Shown here piece after piece: positions 57,297 to 64,000 of a stretch of 64,000 nt of DNA. Positions within the stretch are counted from its first letter, which is position 1. The number at the start of each line of letters is the position of its first letter. The position numbers and the translations under genes are program-made. The notes below the pieces were generated by a model. The model was not told where the DNA came from. It saw only the letters and a program-made list of their open reading frames with translations, and made no database searches. Origin of the DNA: an uncultured Roseburia sp. (GTDB taxonomy: Bacteria; Bacillota; Clostridia; Lachnospirales; Lachnospiraceae); assembly GCA_947246475.1 (NCBI GenBank), contig CAMXSH010000004.1, forward strand, positions 26,701-90,700. Direction: 5' to 3'.

Positions 57297-57485
57297 TTAT
57301 TCATCGGCTGTGGCTCTGCCGGTCAGAATAAAATTGGCATATTCTTTCCGGTGTTCTTCCAGATAAATAACCAGCTCATAGTAGCCTTCACGGTTGGCAA
57401 TATACTGCACCATGTTTGCATCAAACATATTCGTTTCCCCGGCTGCCCGGATGGCGAGAATCTGCTCTTTCACGGTTTCTGTCAT
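57297..57485 (-). CDS. DUF5049-like small protein (62 aa)
   Basis: VKEQILAIR...TNMFD...YELVIYLEEHRKEYANFILTG; GGAGG RBS before ATG 57485. Confidence 0.75.
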   Translation of the reverse strand: MTETVKEQILAIRAAGETNMFDANMVQYIANREGYYELVIYLEEHRKEYANFILTGRATADE

Positions 57486-57984
57486 GGGAATTACCTCCTC
57501 CCCGGTATTTTTCTGCCAGATATGTCTCCCACACAGAGTCAAGGACAGCCTGGCGCAGCACTCCGGTGTCAAAACCAGAGGATTCGTAGCCCTGCCGGAT
57601 CGTTTCAAAATAGCTTCGGGATGGCGTATCATAGGGATGGTGCGCCTCATTCATAATGTAGACCATGGCGCTCATCCGTCTGCGGTTTACCGTTATCCTT
57701 AACATTTCTTTGCGGTAGAGGTGGGGATAGCCTTCATACATATCCAGGCTTCGCTCATCACCGGGCTGCAGCCGCCAGATCAATACTGGCACCTGGCTGC
57801 CCTCATGTTTTTCTACCGTTGCCACGGCAGTGTTTTTGCCGTGGAACATCAGCCGCCAGTTGCGGAGAAATGTTGTTCCCACAATTTCCGCAGTGGGGCA
57901 GCGCCTTGCCATCTGTTCGATGTTGAGGTTAGAACCGTAGGCAATATAGAATCTGTCTCTAGCTGGATTATTATTTTTACTCAT
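57421..57984 (-). CDS. Gamma-glutamylcyclotransferase (AIG2/GGCT-like)
   Basis: YIAYGSNLN..QM..RCP and LDMYEGYPHLY (catalytic Glu) motifs; coupled to the amidoligase stop codon. Confidence 0.88.
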   Translation of the reverse strand: MSKNNNPARDRFYIAYGSNLNIEQMARRCPTAEIVGTTFLRNWRLMFHGKNTAVATVEKHEGSQVPVLIWRLQPGDERSLDMYEGYPHLYRKEMLRITVNRRRMSAMVYIMNEAHHPYDTPSRSYFETIRQGYESSGFDTGVLRQAVLDSVWETYLAEKYRGGGNSHDRNRERADSRHPGSRGNEYV

Positions 57985-58937
57985 AGGTTTCGTCCTCCAT
58001 TCTCAGTATTTCTGATGCCTATATGGCTTCTGACATTTTCCCTTGAACCATACCGCCAGGCGGCATTGCCGTCTAAATGCTGGTATAGATGTTCCCGGCA
58101 ACTCTTAAACTCGTCACCGATAAACCCGATGCGGTTCAGCCACACGCGCATGGCAAACTTCTCATTTTCCTCCTGCACTTTCCGGCTGCTGGCGCTTTTC
58201 TGCGTCAACGCCTGATGGTTCAGGGCGAGTGCCAGCACAATGTAGGCACGGATTTTCCCGGCATGCAGTGTCCCGTTAAACCCTCTCAGCTCAACAGTAT
58301 GGTTGCCATGGAAAAAGCTGTGTAGGTTGAGGAAGTAGTAACGGCTGCTGTTGTAGTGGCTGTTACGGTTTCCAGGATACTTCTCATACCAGATACTCTC
58401 AATCTGCTCAAAGGTTGTCGGTTTCTCCCTGTTCATCCGTTCCACGAGGTAGGCATCCATCTTTTTACAGTAACGCATCCGCTCCGGTGCAATCTGCAGT
58501 GCTTTATAAAGCAGGTCATTGTGTGCATAAATGATGTTAATAAAGTTGCGAATACTCCTCGGCGTATGGTCTGCCCCGTTCAGGTGGATGTGGATGCCGC
58601 AGGATTTGTTTGCAAACCCACCGGCTTTGCGCAGACGCCTTGCCAGCGCCTGCACCGTGCCGATATCCTCCTGGTAGAGCAGGATGGGGCTGACCAGCTC
58701 CACGCTGAAATGGTCGTCCGCACCGATGGTGTGGTTTCCGTTTTTGCGCTGGCAGTGAATGCTGCCGTCAGACATAAACTTCCATATGCGCCCGTCAGAC
58801 GCAGTGACTTTTTGGGTATTATAGTAATCCCCTGGGGCGGCGGTTGTGCCGTCCAGGTAATTTGCAGCGGTTTCCGCTGCCTTTTCCCGGGTAATCCCGG
58901 TAAACTCGGCTTCAATGCCGAACTGGTTGGTAAACAT
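57981..58937 (-). CDS. Putative amidoligase (COOH-NH2 ligase, Amidoligase_2-like)
   Basis: FGIEAEFTG, WKFMSDGSI, VELVSPIL, SCGIHIH, SRYYFLN and TVELRGFNGTL motifs; AAGGAGG RBS before ATG 58937. Confidence 0.88.
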   Translation of the reverse strand: MFTNQFGIEAEFTGITREKAAETAANYLDGTTAAPGDYYNTQKVTASDGRIWKFMSDGSIHCQRKNGNHTIGADDHFSVELVSPILLYQEDIGTVQALARRLRKAGGFANKSCGIHIHLNGADHTPRSIRNFINIIYAHNDLLYKALQIAPERMRYCKKMDAYLVERMNREKPTTFEQIESIWYEKYPGNRNSHYNSSRYYFLNLHSFFHGNHTVELRGFNGTLHAGKIRAYIVLALALNHQALTQKSASSRKVQEENEKFAMRVWLNRIGFIGDEFKSCREHLYQHLDGNAAWRYGSRENVRSHIGIRNTENGGRNL

Positions 58938-59169
58938 TTGGCTTGCCCTCCTTTTCTGACAGCACAGTGCGAAACGGGGGCATCCACGGATGCGCCCCGG
59001 ATTCTGGGTGCGCACCATGGCTGCCGTATGTTTACTTCGTGTTTCTGTTACGTGCTAGGGTTAGACCTCCTTTCTTGTCCACATCTATCAAGCGGCTGAT
59101 GTATTACCATATTGCTTCTGCCGCTTTCATAGATATTAATGATATGCAGTGGGGATATCTGATTTGGTG

Positions 59170-59394
59170 CTATGACATGATATCCCCCTTATTTTCTGCC
59201 GGCAGATACCCGGCCAAAGCGGTTTTTGCCAGGGATGCCGTCTCTTTGTTCGTTTCTTTCTCTTTCGCATTCTCGATTGCAATAGCAATAAGCGCCCTCC
59301 CAATCTTTTCTATATCAGGGTGTTCCCGAAAGTCTGGTGTAACCCTTACATTATGAGCAGATGACGGCCGTCCACGTTTTCTTTTATTGTTCAT
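59170..59394 (-). CDS. Small basic-then-helical protein (74 aa), possible DNA-binding protein
   Basis: ATG overlaps the MTase TGA; KRKRGRPS AT-hook-like segment followed by an amphipathic helix (PDIEKIGRALIAIAI). Confidence 0.6.
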   Translation of the reverse strand: MNNKRKRGRPSSAHNVRVTPDFREHPDIEKIGRALIAIAIENAKEKETNKETASLAKTALAGYLPAENKGDIMS

Positions 59395-60563
59395 GCTGCC
59401 TCCTTTTCTGCCCCGGCGGCTGCATTTTCCAGCCATACGGCTTTAAGGCGCAGGCCAAGGGCGTGTATCACATTGACGGTTACGGCATTGCCAGCCTGTT
59501 TATATGCCTGAGTATCAGAAGTCACAGCCAGCAGTTTATCAATCTGCTTATCAGAAAACCCCTGCAGCCGCAGGCATTCTTTCGGGGTAAGGCGCCGGAT
59601 CCGCATATCCGTGTCCACAACCGCCTTATCGGCATGCGTGGTCAGGGTGTAGGAAATGCCATGCCCTACACGTGCGCGTTTTTGGTTCTGGCTGACATAG
59701 GAAGTGTCGACAGAATCGCCGGGTTTCGCCTCACTGTATCCCCGCCTGGTGGCCTCTTTGATGAGGAGGACGCCATCGCGTGCCTGCCCGCTGCCAAGCC
59801 CTTTGGCATAGCTGGCAGTAAGGGTGCGGGCGGACTCCCGGGTATCCGAGATGCCGTCCCGGCTGCTGCAGCTTACGAGATACAGCCCGGTTTTCCCGCC
59901 ACCTCCCCCGGAACTGGCGAGCTGGGTGCAGGCTACGCCGCTGGGGTCGTAGACTCTTGCCCCCTGCGCCCCGCCGACGATCTGTATAAGAGCTTTTCCA
60001 TCTGTTCCCGGGAGAGGAAGTATTTTTCCGGCACATTTTGGATCAAGATATCCGACAATGTAGACCCGTTTCCGTGACTGCGGGACTCCAAAACTCTTGC
60101 TGTTAAGCACCTGCCATTCCACACCATACCCAAGTTCTGATAGCGTGCCAAGGATGGCTGTAAATGTCCGTCCTTCGTCATGGCTGAGCAGTCCGGGAAC
60201 GTTTTCAAGTATAAAAAACGCAGGGTGTTTGGCTTTAAGGATACGCGCGATGTCAAAAAAGAGCGTGCCTCTCGCATCCTGGAAACCACAGCGTTTTCCG
60301 GCAATGGAGAAACTCTGGCAGGGGAATCCTGCGCAGAGCAGGTCAAAGTCCGGCATTTCTTCTGCTTTGATGGTTGTTGCGTCTTCATAGTAGGTTTCCT
60401 TTGGGTTAATGTGATACATATTCCGGTATGCCTTGTCGGCATGCGTGTCAATCTCGGAGTGGCCGATGCAGGCAAAGCCCCCGGCTCGCTCCAGGCCGGC
60501 ACGGAATCCCCCGATACCGGCAAACATATCGAAAAAACGAATATTCTTTATGTTCATGGGCAT
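59391..60563 (-). CDS. DNA (cytosine-5) methyltransferase
   Basis: Motifs I (FAGIGG), IV (GFPCQSFS), VI (LENVPG), VIII (PQSRKRVYIVG), IX (RRLTPKECLRLQGF) and X (YKQAGNAV). Confidence 0.96.
   Translation of the reverse strand: MPMNIKNIRFFDMFAGIGGFRAGLERAGGFACIGHSEIDTHADKAYRNMYHINPKETYYEDATTIKAEEMPDFDLLCAGFPCQSFSIAGKRCGFQDARGTLFFDIARILKAKHPAFFILENVPGLLSHDEGRTFTAILGTLSELGYGVEWQVLNSKSFGVPQSRKRVYIVGYLDPKCAGKILPLPGTDGKALIQIVGGAQGARVYDPSGVACTQLASSGGGGGKTGLYLVSCSSRDGISDTRESARTLTASYAKGLGSGQARDGVLLIKEATRRGYSEAKPGDSVDTSYVSQNQKRARVGHGISYTLTTHADKAVVDTDMRIRRLTPKECLRLQGFSDKQIDKLLAVTSDTQAYKQAGNAVTVNVIHALGLRLKAVWLENAAAGAEKEAA
59933..60523 (-). other. Stop-free +1 overlapping frame inside the MTase gene (possible second polypeptide)
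   Basis: 196-aa ORF with an internal ATG at 60277; contains TLSDILIQNVPEKYFLS. Translation is unproven. Confidence 0.4.
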
Positions 60564-60666
60564 TCTTCCTTTCTTAGAATTACTAAAACAGTTACAGTAA
60601 CAGTTTGTCATCTCCAGACCCTTAGCACAGCTAAGGCTGGCAGGGCAGGGTAAACTGGCAAATTTG

Positions 60667-60909
60667 TTATTTCTTTTCCGGTTTATTTTTGTGGTCTGTT
60701 TTACTGTGTTTGTTTATATCCTCAAGGAGCATCTTGACAAATTTAGCTGCTTTGGCATCCCCTTCCTTTTCTGCTTCATGGAGTGCCTTGGTCAGCATGT
60801 CTATTGCCTGGTCATGGGTAAGTGTCATTTCCCAGTCAATGATTTTTCCGTTTTCGTCCCGGTTCACCCACAGTGATATGCTGTCGGGACCACTTGCATT
60901 GTTGTTCAT
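60667..60909 (-). CDS. Hypothetical protein (80 aa)
   Basis: AGGAGG RBS; flanked on both sides by CTTAGC-nnn-GCTAAG palindromes. Confidence 0.6.
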   Translation of the reverse strand: MNNNASGPDSISLWVNRDENGKIIDWEMTLTHDQAIDMLTKALHEAEKEGDAKAAKFVKMLLEDINKHSKTDHKNKPEKK

Positions 60910-61035
60910 AAGCCTCCTTATGGCATTTATTAAACTGAAACAGTGGTTAAAATAATCTTTCTAAGAAATATGTCCTTTGCCGTTTTCGTGTCCTGTCCCT
61001 TAGCTGGGCTAAGAGCCTGGAAGACAAGTGGCTGC

Positions 61036-61995
61036 CTAACACAGCATGGCATCATCCCCTCCATACCGGATCAGCCGGTCCAGTTCCTCATCCGTGATGA
61101 CGGCAAAGAGCCGGGGCTGCCCCACAAAAGCGGCGTGGATATGCTCCGCTAAATGTTCTTTGCGTTTCTTAGTTGGCACGATCCAGACCGCCAGCGGGAA
61201 CATGCCATGTTCTTTCTGCTCCAGTCCGCTGTGGTAGTATTTGTGGTAACGCTGGCATTTTTCTATAATCTTGGTGGGAGATTCGGTGTCCAGGTCAATT
61301 TCCAGAAAATAGCGGTCTTCATATTCTGCGGAGGTAAGAGCAGCATACAGGTCTGGTTTGAGGGCAACATGTTTTCCATGTTCACTGTAAACACGCCAGC
61401 ATTCCGGCTCCGGCTGCAGTGCGGACAGTTCCAGTCCTGTCTCCTGGCTGATCTCCAGAATACGGATGGAGGCTTCTGCCACGGCGAGGGTATGTGCCAG
61501 GAAATATGGGCTTGGTTCAAATGTCCTCCTTATCGGATAGGGTTTATGTTCATGCAGGCGCAGCAGACGCTCCCCGGCATGGGTGGTATGCCAGATGAGG
61601 GATGCCGAGCCTGCCCTCACTCCACCAATGCGCCGTGAGAGGCTGTCAACCAGCCCTAATTCCTTCAGCTTTTTGAGGTTGCGGCTGGCAGCCCGCAGGG
61701 CAGCGAAGGGATTTGCCGCATTCGTAAAATGCAGCCGCTGAACCTGCCCGCTCATCAGATAGCGGTATCGCCGAACCGAGAGCAAGACCTCCTTGTCACG
61801 CTGACTGAGGGAAATGTCCAGTTCTTCCAGTTTCTTCTTAGACAAACGGAGATGCTGTCCAGAGGTGCTGCTGCCAGTCTGGGAATCCGTAGTGGGAACG
61901 GAGTAGGAATCGCAGACCTTATACCGGGAAAATCCCGATACGGAGGGAGTTTCCGCTTTTGCTTTGCTGGCTCCGTTCGTTAGTCGGCTCGTCAT
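61036..61995 (-). CDS. Replication-relaxation (Replic_Relax) family relaxase-like protein
   Basis: N-terminal wHTH-like region, HTLAVAE, LKPDL and FLEIDLDTE (PD-(D/E)xK-like); ATG overlaps the coupling-protein stop. Confidence 0.85.
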   Translation of the reverse strand: MTSRLTNGASKAKAETPSVSGFSRYKVCDSYSVPTTDSQTGSSTSGQHLRLSKKKLEELDISLSQRDKEVLLSVRRYRYLMSGQVQRLHFTNAANPFAALRAASRNLKKLKELGLVDSLSRRIGGVRAGSASLIWHTTHAGERLLRLHEHKPYPIRRTFEPSPYFLAHTLAVAEASIRILEISQETGLELSALQPEPECWRVYSEHGKHVALKPDLYAALTSAEYEDRYFLEIDLDTESPTKIIEKCQRYHKYYHSGLEQKEHGMFPLAVWIVPTKKRKEHLAEHIHAAFVGQPRLFAVITDEELDRLIRYGGDDAMLC

Positions 61996-64000
61996 GGTCG
62001 TTTCCTCCTTCCAATTGTTGCATTTTCCCATTCCTGCCCGGTGTCACATCCGTCAGAAAACATACTGAGGTATTCCTCTTCAATTTGTTCCGCTGGGACA
62101 CCATAGGTGGCTTGGCTCTTTGCCTTCAGTTCTGCGGCATTATGCAGGGCTGGCGGTGGCGGCAGCGTCCTGCCCTGAACCCAGCCAACATTTCTGCCGT
62201 TTGACTGGAATGAGGTATAAATCTGGTAACGGGGCAGTGCCATAAAATCTTCAGCCGTGAGTTCTAGTGCCATCGCTGCTATGTCTTTGGCATCCCGGCT
62301 GTTTAGTCCGAAGACGATTTTGTTCCTGGCGTTGGCGTCTATCCCGGAGCGGATATTAATCGGTAACTGATCACGGTATTGGTGTGCCAGCGTCAGCCCA
62401 ACACCCAAGCCCCTGGCTTGCGCTAAAGCGTCAGAAAGGTCGGTTGGGAGTGACAGATAATCCTGCAGCTCGTCAATATAGATTTCTACAATGTGCCGCT
62501 TCTCGGCTGGGATACCCGCCCTTGACAGCGCCAGAGTCCAGGTTAGTCCAACAATCAGACTGCCGAGCAATCTGGCACTTTCTCCTCCTGTCAAACCTTT
62601 ATTGAGAGGAATCAGTACAATGCGACGCTTGTAGAATAAATCTGTCAGGGAAAACTTTGGCTTTGCCTGTCCTAATACGTTTCTCAGTCCGGGGCGTAAA
62701 AGAAACTGGCGCAGCTTGTTCAGCACGGGTTCAGTCTGCTGTCTACGCTCCGTCTCCCTGAGAGCATTAAACTGCTCCCAGAATGGTTTTAACGCTACCT
62801 TGTCTTTTATGATGCTGGTAATCTTGTAGCGAAAACTATCATCAGTCAACAGCGGAGGCAACCATAAGAGGGTAGCATTTTCCACTTCCACCAGTGTCAG
62901 CAGTGCCGCATTCAGGATATCTGCGATTCTCACACCCCAGCTGTCACTCCAAATTTCTTTGAGAACCGAAAGGATGGCATCGGCAATCAACGATGGGTTG
63001 CCATAGTCCTTAAACGCCAATGGGTTAAACCCACAGGGAGCCGGATCGGACGGGTCAATTACCACCACCTCGTCCATGCGTTCTTCTGGAATCCGCATTA
63101 GTATATCTGTTACCAAATCTGCCTTCGGATCAAGCACGAGGACACTTCTCCCGGCGTTAATATCCGCCAGAATCAGATGTAGCATGGCAGTTGACTTGCC
63201 GCTACCAGTCGGACCGATCAGGTGGCAATTTTCTAGGCTGTCCCATGGGGAAATACTCAGTTTCTTGGGATTTACTGCATCCATGGAAACGGCAAAGCTG
63301 CGGTCATTATTCTTGTTGATGGGACTGCGATACCAGTCCGGTGGTAGTGTCTGTTTGGGATGCAACCCCGGTGTCCCCGGCAGTTCTTCCTCCCCAGCGG
63401 CTAATAACAGGAAATTTGCAAGCTCCTTCGACGAAAGCTGCAGGGGAAAATGCCAGGGGATGCGGTTATTGTTAAGGTCGTCTGGTTTGGTGGATTCTTC
63501 ATGGATATGCACCCCTGCTGTCTCCAGCACCTTAAACGCGCTGACAACGTTCCGTAAGCGAGAAACCGCCCCATCCCCAGACACTCCAATGCGGATTGCT
63601 GCCTGGAAGATATACTGTTCGGCTTTCTCCCGGACTGCTTTCCGGGTTTCTGCGGAGGCTTTCTGCACATCACCCAGCAGAATCTGTAACCATGTTGCAT
63701 TCGGGTCCGATAAGTTGGCTGGCACTGGGGAAGGTGCATTTGCTCTCCCCAGTATAATCTGCACGACAGCTTCCGAGTCGCTCTTGTTTTCTGATAATGC
63801 TGCCAGTCCTGCTCGGATCACTGCCTGTGTGATGTCAGTCTTGAGGGGCAGGGACGGATGGCTGATTTTGAGCTGTCTGGCGGTACTAATAGGTGTGCGT
63901 GCGGTTTCTTCTGCATCATGGAACTCGATACTGCCATGGGCTTTTACTGCTTTTTCTATGTCCGCAATATACCTTTTATCTGCACCCAGAAGATAATGAA
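61992..64000 (-). CDS. Type IV coupling protein / VirD4-TraD-like ATPase, 5' end beyond the window
   Basis: Walker A GPTGSGKST, LDPKAD, FNPL, YIDELQDY (Walker B) and LAHQY. The frame stays open from 63821 up to the window edge. Confidence 0.9.
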   Translation of the reverse strand, partial: HYLLGADKRYIADIEKAVKAHGSIEFHDAEETARTPISTARQLKISHPSLPLKTDITQAVIRAGLAALSENKSDSEAVVQIILGRANAPSPVPANLSDPNATWLQILLGDVQKASAETRKAVREKAEQYIFQAAIRIGVSGDGAVSRLRNVVSAFKVLETAGVHIHEESTKPDDLNNNRIPWHFPLQLSSKELANFLLLAAGEEELPGTPGLHPKQTLPPDWYRSPINKNNDRSFAVSMDAVNPKKLSISPWDSLENCHLIGPTGSGKSTAMLHLILADINAGRSVLVLDPKADLVTDILMRIPEERMDEVVVIDPSDPAPCGFNPLAFKDYGNPSLIADAILSVLKEIWSDSWGVRIADILNAALLTLVEVENATLLWLPPLLTDDSFRYKITSIIKDKVALKPFWEQFNALRETERRQQTEPVLNKLRQFLLRPGLRNVLGQAKPKFSLTDLFYKRRIVLIPLNKGLTGGESARLLGSLIVGLTWTLALSRAGIPAEKRHIVEIYIDELQDYLSLPTDLSDALAQARGLGVGLTLAHQYRDQLPINIRSGIDANARNKIVFGLNSRDAKDIAAMALELTAEDFMALPRYQIYTSFQSNGRNVGWVQGRTLPPPPALHNAAELKAKSQATYGVPAEQIEEEYLSMFSDGCDTGQEWENATIGRRKRP

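Larger units (their letters stand above)
54429..64000 (-). mobile_element. Integrative (probably mobilisable) element inserted at the 3' end of ssrA; other end outside the window
   Basis: A serine recombinase abuts and overlaps the tmRNA 3' end. All genes are co-oriented: relaxase, coupling protein, MTase and cargo. No T4SS or phage structural genes are visible. The second att site cannot be seen. Confidence 0.85.

Noticed and set aside
54429-64000. Prophage
   Set aside because: Amidoligase/GGCT/MTase genes also occur on phages, but no capsid, terminase, tail or lysis genes are visible, whereas a relaxase and coupling protein are.

Overview
The window looks like chromosome from an anaerobic, spore-forming Firmicute, most likely Lachnospiraceae-like (inferred from gene content, the tmRNA tag ADDNRLAYAA and the split transketolase). 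Bases 1-54428 are mostly housekeeping genes: rel, hemZ, hisS, aspS, galM, fabV, arcC, tal/tkt, aroA, argS, an aroD-aroK fusion, efp and fabH. This part also holds two GH43 genes, a GH31 gene, a 10.7 kb phosphorelay/HD-GYP/chemosensory cluster, tRNA-Pro(GGG) and tmRNA. Three AT-rich inserts interrupt it: a six-gene secreted-protein/ABC cassette (11.5-15.8 kb), a lipoprotein gene beside the tRNA, and an ABC-type ATPase + TOPRIM-like gene pair that is a candidate anti-phage system (51.1-53.1 kb). From the 3' end of ssrA to the window end lies the left part of an integrated element. It carries a large serine recombinase whose last 20 codons are the antisense of tmRNA, an amidoligase / gamma-glutamylcyclotransferase / DUF5049-like / paralogous-partner module, a C5 DNA methyltransferase with a stop-free +1 overlapping frame, a Replic_Relax-type relaxase and a truncated VirD4-like coupling protein. 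Family names come from motif recognition only; no database search was run.
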